Of a stretch of DNA of 64,000 bases, positions 26,440 to 39,566 are shown piece after piece (the first letter of the stretch is position 1; each line of letters starts with the position of its first letter). This DNA is from Marsupella aquatica (Eukaryota > Plantae > Marchantiophyta). Made by a program: the position numbers and the translations under genes. The stretch covers positions 23,768,281-23,832,280 of the forward strand of contig OZ316895.1 of assembly GCA_973895155.1 (NCBI GenBank), read 5' to 3'. The notes beneath the pieces were generated by a model, which ran no database searches, was not told the origin of the DNA, and saw only the letters and a list, made by a program, of their open reading frames with translations.

Positions 26440-29400
26440 CTTTCCGCTCCTCAACCTTATATCCCGTTACCACACGTGCTGAATCGCCAGTCCTAAGAAC
26501 TGAATGGAGTTCAGTTAGAATGGAGTCAAAAGTGCAGACAAGCAGCTGATCAGCGAAAGATTTCAATGATTGTTGACAATGTCTCCGTTGCAAATGTTGT
26601 CGGAGAGTTCAGTATCAAATTGCCAAGACTTTCCGACAAGATGACGGTAATGCACAGCAACGCAGGTTTGCAAACAACTTTGGATGTGGATGGACAAGTA
26701 ATCAATCTGCATAGACAGGACGTTGTCTGTACAACCGCGACTCAGTAAGCGTGGTGAGCAGTTTGGTGGATAGGTTGTTTGGTCGACCGCAACAATTTTC
26801 GGGCTCGGATTCGAGGTTCGTTCAACGAATGACCAACGCAAAGACGCAAAACAGTCAGGTGACGTGAAGAGGGATGCAAGAATGAGCCCTAAATGTCACA
26901 AATTCAAAGGAACTGCTCGACTGGTAGAAATAGGTGGAAATCTCTGTTGATCAGTCGTTGCTCCTTCAGATAAGAGGCACACAACCAATCTAGAGAATCT
27001 GGAAAATTTGACACGAGAAAAAAGACACTGCAAAAACACTCCAGCACTAAAGATGAAATACTGTCCCCGATGGCCAATGAAACTGCTCCACTATAAAACA
27101 CTTCAAGCACTCCTATCAAGTACCCGTATGGGACACCTCTTGAACTAAATCTAGAGTGGCCCTTGAGCAGCCCGAGCGACCTAAACAAAAGAAACTCGCA
27201 ACGACACCAAATCCTGCAAAAGGCGAAGTACAATACAATAGAACCACGCACAAGACTTTTCGAGGACGCACGCCGCAGACAACATTCAAAAAGGATACTC
27301 ACTCTCGTCACCCTAATGTCAGAGGCCAAGAACCTCACTTCCCTACACAATATATCCACCACTACTGCACAACTACCGACAAGCTGTACTGTGAAGTCAA
27401 ACGTACAGACTGATCCAATTCCAACAACAAAGCTTCTGGTAGATATGACGACGAGACTTCAACAAGTAATCTGGTTTACCAAATCAAGAACCTAGAATGG
27501 ACACAACTTGCACGAACAGAAACACAAACAGCGATCGAGAGAATGGGTGAATCGATCACAACTCCTCCCGTTCCCTTAGCCAAATCAATCAATCAAATCT
27601 TTGATAAAAACCCTCGCATACCCTCACAATCAACGTACGAGGAGATGATAGACACGGGACCCACCAACCAACCTTCCCCTTACCGACAACTCAAATCCTC
27701 GACGAAAAGCAACCCTCAAAAACTGTGTACCATGAAATCGCAGAGACCGAAAGAGCGTACTCACTGCGGGTGATTCACGCTCAATACGACCGTCGAAGCG
27801 TGGCCGAGGCTTCCAGAATCCAGAAGAGGCGGAATCGGAGAATCGCAATTGGAATCGAAAGGACGCCGATCTTCAATTCTCGGTGACGAGAGCTTACGGT
27901 AATGTGACGAGATCCAGATACGCAACAAAGAAATGAAATGCTATCAGCACTTCCAGAAATGAGAAAGATTGATCGATAGAATGATTGAATCACGGGAAAA
28001 GATTGATCCGCAGACTTCAAACGGCTGATCGATAGACTATTGATGCAATTGTGGAAAAGATTGATCGGCAGAAAACTAATGATCGATGCACTAAAATCTC
28101 GCGTCTCATTTGCATATAAATAGTCTCACATCTCCAGCGGAATCATGAATTACGCGCAAAGCTTGAATGGGATGGGTTGTAAGGTTCGCTGCTCCCATAG
28201 CATTGTGGGTGTTACGATGGCATGCTTTTGTTGCTCGAATCTTGGGTAAATGGTAAATGCGCAGCAGTAAGATTTGAATTTATTTTTCAAACAATTGAGT
28301 AAATGGCGATAATAAAATCCAACCGTTGAGTGTTTTCAGACAATTGTTTTTGGAGTTTTCTTTGAGCTTTCTTCGAAAACGAGATTTATTTTGGTAAAAC
28401 CTCGATGTGGAAAAAAGAAAAAAGCCACCGTGAAAAATGAATCCTACAGCAATGTCACCTTGTAGTGTCCAGGAGTCGACACGTGCCTCTGTGGACCTAA
28501 TTGTCTTTTAACACGTGGATTCGAGTAGTTTACTAGGCGTTATAAAAAAAATGTTGTTGGAGTTAGCGGAGTGGAGGAGTTATGATGGAGGGCTATCACA
28601 GCTTCTCCCAAACTCTACAGCCATAGACCAATCCGTATGTGTTGGTGTCTTTTCAGAACTTTAATAGATGGATTTGGTTGCCAAATAACTTTCTATTATT
28701 TCACCTTTAGACCAAAGTCATCTAAGAAATGAACTTGCTCACAAGCTATTCTGGAGCTATTATCTAGAGTGAACCCTCTAAACCATGCCTCTTAAGGTAG
28801 GGCCTAACTTAAAGTGAGAGTGAAGCCTCTACATGGTGACTCTAAGCAAGTGCATAATTGAAAGAGAGGGAATACATAAATATACAAAAACAGGAGTATG
28901 GGCAAAAAACTGAGTGCACAATTGAAAGTGAAGATGTAGAAAAAAAACAAGGATAAGGACAAAAATGAAAGAAAATAACATGGACTCCTTTTAGTGTGCA
29001 GGACTTACTTTGCTCCTCCTCTATATTTACATTCAAGGAACACTCAAGTAATTATGCTAGTTAACAGCAATGTGAACAAACATGGCTACCAAAGACCCTT
29101 TAATGTAATATGACTTCTTTTGTTGGCATCATGATTTTTTGGGATCTTCCTTGATTTCCTTCCCTCATCTCTGAACTCATTTCTCCTGCCCACCCTTTCT
29201 AGTAAGTGGTTGGGTTTGGATAAACATGTACAAATTAACCAAGCTTGAGGGTGGACCCTAGAACACCCATGGACAGTGACACCAGTTACACCCTCACTCG
29301 TAGACACTCCACCCGAGACTCCTCCCACTTCCAAAACATTTTAACCAGTACATTTCCCCCTTCAATTCCAATATTGCTGGGCAACCAAATCAAATGTCAC

Positions 29401-29724
29401 TGGGCTTACTACAGTTGGCTTGGAAGGATGTTTCCTACTACAAATATATTTTCTCCTTTTGTTCAGATTTGGAGTTAAAGCTAAGAATTTTTCTAAAGAT
29501 TTAATACTCAGTCAGTGTAAACATCTGCTCTCAAGTTTTTTGAAAATTTTTACCAACAAATTTTGCCTTTCAATTTCTCCATCCATATTCACTAAAATAT
29601 AGCTGACTTCTTAGACGTGGCTCAAAAAGAGCTTTTGCCAATTCTCAATCAGAATTGAGAGAACTACCAATTTTCAAAGATGATTGTCTTTTTACTTGTC
29701 ATATCACCTCAATACACATGTTTT

Positions 29725-29920
29725 GCACAAAAGATGATGTTGCCCAAAAGCTATGTGTGTGTGAAAGATGTTTTTGTGCAAAATATGTTGTTATGTAAAA
29801 ATAATATTGGGTAAAGATGTCATTGAGCAAAAGACACAAAAGAGTAAATGATGTCTTTGTGCAAAAGATATTATTGAGGAAAAGATGTAGTTATGTAAAC
29901 AAAGTTATTGCACAAAAGAT
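29725..29920. repeat. Degenerate ~20-bp minisatellite
   Basis: Recurring 'gcaaaagatg.t.tt' variants. Confidence 0.55.
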
Positions 29921-29943
29921 TGTACAGGAGGGAAGGGTCTAGG

Positions 29944-30289
29944 TGTTGAGCATAGACGACAATCGCAACGGCAAGCCCATGAACCGTCCAACGCACAAGA
30001 GTCGACACAGAGAGATACGTGGTTCACCTCCACATGAGGCTACGTCCACGGGAACACACGAGAGCTTTACTACACTCTAGGCCGACCGTCCATACCAAGC
30101 ATCCACAGCGCAAGCTCTCTCTATCTCTCAACTAGCTCCGTAAGAATGAGCCTGAGTTCCACTCTCTCCAAGAAAACACCGCTTGGTTATAGAGTGTGCA
30201 CAGCATGACTAACCTAACCAAGTCTGCGACTAAGGTTAGCCTTAACTATGGTACAATCGTAACTCTAGACCTAAGAGTAAATCCTAACA
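29944..30289 (-). repeat. 3' LTR of the copia element
   Basis: About 15 substitutions (hand count) against the 5' LTR; adjacent to the PPT. Confidence 0.95.
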
Positions 30290-30483
30290 ATCTCCCCCTT
30301 GACTCTGGTCTAGGGGAGGGTAAAGACTGCTAGTACCTATATGATTGCTCAGCGGGAAGTTCTGGAAAGAAAAACCAAACCGGTTTTTTCCTCTTTATAC
30401 GAGAGTAGACCAGAACTAAGTCGTAGCCTATACAAGGAATGAGCAAGAGCATATCTCAGTATTTACACAAATGTTAAGTAACC

Positions 30484-33400
30484 CTATTTGTGAGGCAATT
30501 GCAAAACCTGTAACACATCACGGTGTCTAGAAAAACTCTCCAAAGGAATCACTTTGGTAAAAGCGTCAGCCGAGTTGAGTTTACCGTCAATCTTGATTAG
30601 CTCAAACATATTATCAAACACAGCTTGCTTGATAAAATAGTACCTAACGTCGATGTGCTTCACTCTGTTGTCCATCACCTGGTTCATAGCAAGGTTGAGT
30701 GCACTCTGACTATCACAATGGAGCTTCACATTCCCCTGTGGCAATCCCATCTCAGTGATCAGTCTATCCAACCAAATTGCTTCCTTTGCTGCTTTCACTG
30801 TTGCAACATACTCCGCTTCTGTAGTAGACTGAGCAATACACTTCTGCAAAGTAGACCTCCAACTTATGCATCCACCTCCCAGTGTGAACACATAACCTGT
30901 TGTTGACCTCCTCCGATCCAGATCCAGATCTTGTGCATAGTCAGCATCTACATAGCCCATCAATGATCTAGCATTATCAGCATGTGCATCAAACAATAGA
31001 CCATGATCCATGGTACCCTTCAAGTACCAAATAATCCACTTCACTGCTTCCCAGTGTACCTTCCCTGGATTCAACATGTACCTGCTCACCTTGCCCATAG
31101 CCATGGCAAGATCAGATCTAGTGCAAGTCATCAAATACATGAGACTCCCCACTGCCTTGTCATAAGGAACCTTTGACATCAGCCCCTTCTTTGTCTCATC
31201 CGTAGGATAGAAAGCTGATGACAACTTGAAGTGTGGAGCCAACGGGGTACTCACTGGCTTACTATCCCCCATGTTGAACCTTGCAATTACCTTCCTTGAA
31301 TAACTGCTTTGTGTCAACCATAGCTTGTCAGCCTCCAAGTCCTTAGTGATCTCCATACCCAAAATCCTCTTAGCTGACCCTAAATCCTTTCCTAAAACTC
31401 TGCACTAAGTAGTGCCTTGAGCTTAACAATCTCAGACCTATCATTGGCCGCAATAAGCATGTCATCCACATAAAGTACTAAAACAATAAACCCAAAGATA
31501 ACATTCTTCACCGGTTTAAGATACACACATGGGTCAAACACACTCTTGTGAAAGCCTTGTGCACGAATCCAATCATCAAACCGCTTATTCCACTGTCTTG
31601 GTGACTGCTTTAACCCATACAGGGATCTCAGCAATCTGCAAACCAAATCCTTTTGCCCTTTCTTCACAAAACCTAGCGGCTGTCTCATGAAGATCACCTC
31701 TTCCAAGGTGCCATAGAGGAAAGTTGTGACAACATCCATCTGATCTAGCAGCAGACCAAACATAACAACAAGCACACACAATAGCCGTATTGTTGAGTAC
31801 TTAGCAACTGGTGAGAAGACCTCATTGTAATCCACACTTTTTCCTGTGTAAATCCCTTGGCTACCAACTAGCCTTGTAGACCTTCGATCCACCTCCCGTG
31901 GACTGATCTTTCAGCTTGTATATCCACTTGCTGTCCACCACTTGCTGTCCCTCAGGCAACTTGACAAGCTCCGAAGTTTTGTTGTCCTTCAGTGACTGCA
32001 TCTCCGTTTGCATTGCTGCAGTCCACTCCTACTTCTCCTTGGAAGCACTTGCCTCATGAAATGAAGAAGGTTCCCCTTCTTCCAAAATCAACGCATCACC
32101 CTCATCATCAGTAAAAAATCCTCCTCTTGCAACTGAGATGAATCAACCCACTGCCCATACCTTGGTGGAGCGCATACAGTGTGATCAGATGTTCTTCTAG
32201 CCGATGACTCCGGTTGATCTGCATGTGCTGGTACAATCTGAAGCTCAGCAGCATCCTCTTGTTGCTCACCAACATCAACAAACTCCTCTGGATCCTCTGG
32301 CACATGAACCAACTCCATAATTGGAGCAACTCCTTCTCTCCGGTCATGGACCTCATGACCAATCTCCCCATCAGCGAGATCCAGGATAGGAGATTTTTCT
32401 TTGTCAGAACGGGAGACCTGAGTATTCTCCCCCTCCTTCAATAATCTGGATTCATTGAAGGAAATATCCTTATTGACAACAAGCTTACAGGCAATAGGAT
32501 CCCATAGCCTATAGGCTTTCACACCACTCTGGTACCCATGAAAAATACATTTCTTGGAGGTAGGATCCAATTTGGTCATATTCTGCTTTGGTGTGAGAGC
32601 ATATGCATCACTTCCAAAAACTACCAAGCCATGATAGTGTGCTTGCCGCTTATAGCGCATCTCAAACGGCATTTTGAAATTGATAGCACTAGAAGAAGAA
32701 AGATTTACCAAATAAGCTGCGGTATTGACAACTTCTGCCCAAAATTCCTGTGGTAAATCTGATTGGCTCAACATACTTCGTGACCACTCCAATAGTGTCC
32801 GATTGAGCCTCTCAGCGACACCATTCTGCTGCGGAGTATAAACTGTGGTGAGATGACGAGTTATCCCCTGTTTTGAATAATACTCTTCAAATTCCATTGA
32901 AGTGTACTCCCCGCTGTTGTCTGACCTCAGACTCTTCACCCTTGTATCCAAACACTTGAGCGTGTTTCCAGTCTGATTCTCCACCTGGGCCTTCCATTTT
33001 TAAAAAATGGACAATACATCAGACTTATGCGTCATGAAATAAATCCACACAAATCTTGAGTAATCATCAATAAATGATACATAGTCCGATGAAGGTTCAG
33101 TTGCCTTTCCCTTACAGTCTCGCTTGAAGTGTCCGACCTGGTTGCACTTCCAACATGTCACCTGCCTCCTATGAGGGGATTTACCCCTGGACTTAGATCT
33201 GGATTTAGATCTAAACTGGGTTCTACGATCCCCTCGCTGCATACTCCTCCCATGGTTAACATTGAGGGCAACACCAGAGGATGAAGGTTGTGACATGATG
33301 TGCATCTTCTGTTGAAGATTATCACTAAACAGAGAACTTACCACATCATTGTATGAAATGGTATCCCTATCACGATGCAACAACACCCGTGATAGGGACT

Positions 33401-33954
33401 GGTAAGATGGAGGCAATGAACTGAGAAGCTGCAAAGCCTTCGTCTCATCATTCAAAGTCTCCCCAAGGTTTTCCAAGTCAACGACATGCATCCACATGGT
33501 CCTGCAACTTTGTACCGGATTCCTTCATCCTGAAACTCATCAGTTTGTAGGAAGTATAGAGCCGGTTCGACAACTCCTTGCGGTGATATTTGCTCTGCAA
33601 TTCTGCAAACAAGGACATGCAGTCCTTATGTGCACCCAACTGCTTGATGATGGGAGGCATGAGATAGAGTGTAACACACCACACTTCCTGCTCCTGCATG
33701 CGGTCCCATTATTTCTCATCAACATCGTCTTCACGAGGGCTCAGCAGTTGGCCCATCCCTGAAGCATAGAGACCTCCCTTCACTTGCTTCTCCCAGAGCA
33801 AGTAGTCAGAGCGTCCATCATACTTTGTCACTTCATACTTGGGTCCCCCAAGCTTGAACGTACCCATCTTCTTCTTTGGCACTACCGTGAGCTCCGGTAG
33901 TAGAACAGCTAATTCCTCCACCACACGCCGCACCGGTGATGGTACTGGTGTCAC
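30484..33954 (-). pseudogene. Fragmented copia gag-pol polyprotein
   Basis: gag KYDGRSDYLLWEKQVKG and zinc knuckle CWKCNQVGHFKRDC; integrase FIDDYSR, LRSDNSGEY, TPQQNGVAERLNRTL; RT QMDVVTTFLYG, SLYGLKQSPRQW, LYVDDMLI; RNase H YVDADYA, STTEAEY, VKHIDVRYYF. Several frameshifts and stops. Confidence 0.95.
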
Positions 33955-34194
33955 GTGCTCTTCCTCCTACTCCTCTCTCTCCACTTCAAACCGCCGTGGT
34001 GACCCTCGTGCTTCAAGTTCCACGTCTTCGAAAATCCCCTCCAAATCACTCATATGAGAAAATCATGAAAAAATCATTTTTCACAACTTCTCAAAAAACT
34101 CAAAACTAAACACCGTTGCATAGTCCACAAAGCTAGGAGTCCAACACTGAAGACCAAAATTGAAAACAAACTTTGACGGAAAAGTTATACAAAT

Positions 34195-34450
34195 TTTGGT
34201 CGCCCTTGGAGCCAGGCTCCCTCTGGTCACTTCGGGTCGCCCTTGGAGCCAGCTCCCCCTGGTCACTCCGGGTCGCCCTTGGAGCCAGGCTCCCTCGGGT
34301 CATTCTTGGAGCGAGGTGCCCTCAGGTCGCCCTTGGAGCGAGGCTCCCTCTGGTCACTCCGGGTCGCCCTTGGAGCGAGGCTCCCTTGGGTCGCTCTTGG
34401 AGTGAGGCTCCCTCGGGTCGCTCTTGGAGCGAGGCTCCCTTGGGTCACTC
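34195..34450. repeat. GC-rich 29-39 bp tandem repeat in the copia 5' UTR
   Basis: About 7-8 copies of ggtcgcccttggagc.aggctccct(ctggtcactccg). Confidence 0.9.
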
Positions 34451-35294
34451 TCTAAAACCCTGTTGCTACGAAAATCCCGCCGCAATTCCTGGATAAAGTT
34501 ACTGTTCACTAGCTTTGTTGTTTTCCTTGTGCCCTAGGTCGTCGCCGCACCTCACCTCTCCGCGGTGCGCTACGTTGCCGTAGGAAACACAATTTGCCAA
34601 CATCCAACATCGCTGGCTGCCGCCAATTCCATGAGTAAAAATGATGACTGCCGACGGGGAAATGTTGCCGAATTGCGCCAGCACAATCTGCAAGCTCAGC
34701 AGAGAAAAAACCTTCCGTCGTGTCACACTCACTTTGCGTCAAGTGCCAATCTCGGACTCAAAATGACCGCCTCGTCGCAATCAAAACATTGAGTCGTAGC
34801 ACTTTGCGTTTCTTCCTCCAAGTTGGACGTGACGACGAGTAACCCGGTTCAGATGAGAACAAGCTCCATAGCCTGTGAAAAAATCTGAACGTCTCCTTCA
34901 CTCGTCACGATCGAGGCACTCGATAACCACTCGACAACAACTTAGCTACCGAAACGAACAGCTCGCTTTAACCTCCAACATGAGCTATAACATGCAACGC
35001 CTCCCGCACCGCACAACTCAAACCGATGAAAAAAAACGATCTCCGGTCTCTCCCCCGAAAAACCGTCAAACACGAAAAAAAACTCTAGATCGACGCAAAC
35101 TTTGATTCCTCCGCACCACGGATACCAATCAGCAAGTTCTAACCACCGTTAGAAAGCCCTCTCACTAATCTATCTGTTCAGCCACACACATTCAAGTTTC
35201 ATGCGACGAAACTCCGAATATAACACCGACAATGAATGCTGGAAAATAGTCACAAAAAAGACCTCGTCACCTCCAAGCATGCTCTGATACCAAC

Positions 35295-35640
35295 TGTTGA
35301 GCATAGACGACAATCGCAACGGCAAGCCCATGAACCATCCAACGCACAAGAGTTGACACAACGAGATACGTGGTTCACCTCCACATGAGGCTACGCCCAC
35401 GGGAACACACAAGAGCTTTACTGCACTCTAGGCTGACCGGCCATACCAAGCATCCACAGCGCAAGCTCTCTCTATCTCTCAACTAGCTCCGTAAGAATGA
35501 GCCTGAGTTCCACTCTCTCCAAGCAAACACCGCTTGGTTATAGAGTGTGCACAACATGACTAACCTAACCAAGTCTGCGACTAAGGTTAGCCTTAACTAC
35601 GGTACAGTCGTAACTCTAGCCCTAAAAGTAAATCCTAACA
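35295..35640 (-). repeat. 5' LTR of the copia element
   Basis: Adjacent to the tRNA-Met PBS and followed by the CTAGG TSD. Confidence 0.95.
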
Positions 35641-36734
35641 CTAGGATCAAGACTCCATCGTCCCTTTTGTGGTCCATAAGCCTCTCCCTCCCCTTTCTCC
35701 TTCCTCCTTCCTCACCCCTCCCCCTTTTCCCATTTTCTTGAGTTTCCTCTTCCTCATTTTACTTCCGAGGCTTTCCAGCTTGGCATCCCGCTTGGCATGG
35801 AAAATGCCAAATTTTGTAGGACTATTATGGTAAAACAACCATAGGACTATCTCACAAAGTTATGGGTGCCAAAGTCTCATCATTTGAGCTGGGTTGTTGT
35901 TGTTGTTGTTACAGATATATTATCAGTTTGGTCAGTACTGTTGTTGTTGAAGTTAACATTAGAGCATCAAGACGCAAGTCAGATGAGTGCTGGCAATCTT
36001 CACATCCCGACTGCCAAGCATGGTCACACAATGGAAGCCTAGGGATTATTATTATTTTGTAAATTTTAATGAATAAATAAAAGAGGATTTTGCTGAGGTC
36101 TATGCAGTGTATGCAGCTCTATCTTGGTTTTAGTCACTGACTTGGTACTAAGGGTGGCTTTATAAGAAATCACCAAGACTTGTGACTTCTTTCTACATTG
36201 CCAGTATTCTTTCTTCAAATGCATACTTTGTCCCCCTTAATTCTTTGTTCAAATGCATATTTTGTCACTTGTTCTCGTCATATTGCTACTTTGTCTGTCC
36301 CATATTGCTTGGGAGTTTAGCGAAAAAATTGTACCTATTCAAACAATCTGACACTAGCATCCAGCCAGGTTTTATCATTAATGGTCATCCATGTCCTCTA
36401 CCCTAACCACAAGACACTTTCCAGTCCTCAACATTGGGTTGGGTCTAATACTTTAATTCTCCTGTCTCAGCTTGCTCCACCCTGTCCTGGTTGGCTACCC
36501 CATTCCCAAGAGGTGAAGGGCCAGCAAGTGTGTTGAGGTTAAGTTGAGGATGATGACAAGCATCCCATGAACTGGCAGGATGTTGAGTATCACATCATTC
36601 CAAACCAAAGGGTTACTTACTTTGCTTCACCAGCAATGGAAAAAGGCGGTAAAGTAGTAAATAAAAGAGTGTCAATACAGTAAATCTCATATCTATACTC
36701 TATATATTAAGTGCAATGTGAACTTATTGTTTAA

Positions 36735-37460
36735 GGCTTACGGTCTAGAGTAAAGCCTCTAGACCGTGACTCTAGGGGCATAACTAAAGTCGGGATTGGA
36801 CTAGAGTGAATCTCTGAACATGGTCCCCAAACTGGTGCAGCATGTCAGTGGGGAGAAACCAACTGAAAGAGAAACCAACTGACTGTAATCACTGAATGGG
36901 CAATGCACTTGAATGTGGTCACCTCTATTTATGTTCAAAGAACAGGCAGCCAGGCTAATCTAATTATATGATCATGATGTGAACCTACTCTTCAGCATCT
37001 ACTAGTCTACCAGGCATGAAGCCTCTAGACCTTTGGGGGCGTAACTGAAGTTTGGAGGGTGCGGATAGAAAAATGGATTTTTTGGCACGGGTGAGTCTCT
37101 AAAAGTGGTGCAGCATGTGAGGAGTCACTGGAAACCAATAGAAAATAGATCACTGAATGGGAAACAAGGTTGAATATCCAAGCCTCTATTTACTTCAAAA
37201 GAATGGGCAATTGGGCTAGTCTAACTTATAGTCCTGTAGTACACTCCAGGACCTATGGTCAAGAGTGAAGCTCTTAGATCATGACTTTGCGGGCACAACT
37301 GAAATTGGGGGGGGGGGGGTGGTTGACTGGGTGGAAATGGAGATTGGGGGCAAGGTGAGTCTCTGAAATGTGATGCAACATGAGGAGTCACCGGAAACCA
37401 ATTGAACAGTGCACACAGGCAACTAACTTGAATGTCTTCCAAAGAACAGACAGTCAGGAA
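36735..37460. repeat. Three diverged ~250-bp units of a dispersed repeat also present at ~2865-3020
   Basis: Each unit has 'gagtgaagc.tctagac..tgact.tggggg...aactgaa...gtga.tctct.aa...ggtgcagcatgt...ttgaat....acctctattta.ttc.aagaa...ggcta'. Confidence 0.7.
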
Positions 37461-37473
37461 AGTTCATGTAATG

Positions 37474-37875
37474 CCCAGTGCAGCCCTTTTTGATCATTAG
37501 ACGGCCCAGATTGAATCCCAGATGGAATAAGAAGAAAGACTAAAGCCCAGTGCAGCCATTTGCATTCATTAGACTGCCCAGATATAATCTCGGGATGGAA
37601 TAGGAGGAAATAACTTCTAAAGCCCTGTGCAGCCACTTTCGTTCATTAGACGGCCCAGATTGAATGGAATAAGAGGAACTTCTAGAGCCCAGTGCAGCCC
37701 TTTTTGTTCATTAGACGGCCGAGATTTAGTCTCAGATGGAAATAGGAGGAACTAACTTCTAAAGTTAAGCCCAGTGCAGCCACTTTCGTTCATTAGACTG
37801 CCCAGATTTAATCTCAGATGGAATAGGAGCCACTTTAGTTCATTAGACGGCCCAGATTAGATCCCAGATGGAATA
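37474..37875. repeat. ~65-80 bp tandem repeat, about 5.5 copies, directly upstream of the kinesin leader
   Basis: gcccagtgcagcc..ttt.gttcattagacggcccagatt.aat..cagatggaata at 37474, 37545, 37622, 37687 and 37769, partial at 37829. Confidence 0.9.
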
Positions 37876-39566
37876 GACGGACGCAATGGACCCCGAGGTC
37901 TTGTAAAGCCGCCCCTATAACCTCCCGTATAATACGGTCCAACTGAAGGAATGCCGCGACACTGGAATCTTATGACATGCGACGAGAAGTCGCGATTTTA
38001 CGAAGAATGCAGAAATTGGCATTCTTCTCTTTGTACAGTTAGAGAGTTCCGGAGTTGCATGCAGACGGGAGGGGAGGGGCACTCGAGAGTCAAGTCAATT
38101 TCGCGGGATTCAGTTGGACCTCGTTTGGATTGAAGCAATTCTCCTTTTACTATTGCTGGAAGACTGATGACTTTGCAGCTTTTTTTCTCGTCCTTTCTTT
38201 CGTTTCTGGGCTCGTGAGGCTGTACGCGAAAACTCAGAGCATTTTCAGATCTCGTGGGAATCAGTTGGATTGATTTTGGATCGAAACTCCGCGCTGAGCC
38301 CATTCTTATACTTCGAATTCTGGAGGAGTGATGACTTTGCAGCTTTCTTTCTCTCTTTCTTTCGTTGTTTCTTTCGTTCTTTCTTTCGTTCTTTCTTTCG
38401 TTCTTTTTAGAGCTAGTAGTGTTGGATGCCGAAATGCAGAGTGAGAAGTTTTAACCTCATGGTGTGATATGAATGCCTTGAAGTGAGACAGATCTTACAG
38501 ACTTTGATTGTTTGTGAGAGGCTCAATTTCACTGAATTTACCGTGGTAACGAAAGAAGGAAAATGAAGAGAGAAAATGCAGACCACTCGATCGTGAACAT
38601 TATTATAGAGTGGATGGAGAGACAATCAAAGAATACACTTGAGAGAGACGCCCAAGAAGATGAGAGATTCTTTCTGTGAGACAAGAGAGGCAATTCCACA
38701 CGATTTTTGCCGTCGAGAAGAAGGGAAGGAAGAACAGAATGAAAGAACAAATTGACGTCACTCAAAAACTGAAGAAACGCTGCTAAAGGAAACGAAAGAG
38801 ATATGACAAAGGGCTGACAATGACGAAGAAACGGATTACTTACGAAATACTTACCGCACATAGCCATCTAGCCTGAAGGTTTTTCAAAGGAATGAACAAA
38901 TTTTATACTACACGGACAAGAAGCAGAGAGTAGAAGATGTACGCAAACTTTCCTAGAGAGATAAACAAGCACAGCAAGAGAAGAAGCAAAGAGCGCAAGG
39001 ACAAGGAGGCTGAATTCAACTTAAGCATGATGACGATGCAGATTGTGGAATTTCAGATTCCGTTCGCAGGGAAATTTCTGCACTAGATTTGGCTCATGGA
39101 ACGACAGGGGCATTGATCATAACGGAGCAGAGAAATAATAAGTCTCTTCCAATCTTACGGACCACCATTTCCAGCACCTGTGCAAAGAGGAAAGTGGATC
39201 AATGCGGGGAGCCCGGGAGGGAAGGAGCAACAGAACCTGATGTTTTAGATATTGTTACCGCGCTTTGCATTTCGAAGTGTGCAAGAATGTTACTAAAAAT
39301 TTAGACAGAATTTAGCACACCAGAGTTTTGGACTGTGCCACAGCCTTTGCTTATGGCAGGGGGAACATTTTCTCAACTATTCACGATCGAAAGCATGGTA
39401 CCTGGACATTATGCGCTCAGAGGACTGTCCGAGATGATGCTCCTATTGTTGTTATTTGAGATTGAAACATAGATTGGTTTCAATCAAACATACTGGAGGC
39501 CGACCACAAGTATTATAACATAATCCTTGTTATTGTGAAACTCGCCGGCAGACCTTTCCAGTACAT

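Larger units (their letters stand above)
29944..35640 (-). mobile_element. Ty1/copia LTR retrotransposon, both LTRs intact, internally deleted and decayed
   Basis: 346-bp LTRs at 29944-30289 and 35295-35640 (TG...CA); perfect CTAGG TSD at 29939-29943 and 35641-35645. PBS tggtatcagagc (tRNA-iMet) at 35281-35292; PPT aagggggagat at 30290-30300. Domain order is gag-IN-RT-RNaseH. Confidence 0.97.
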
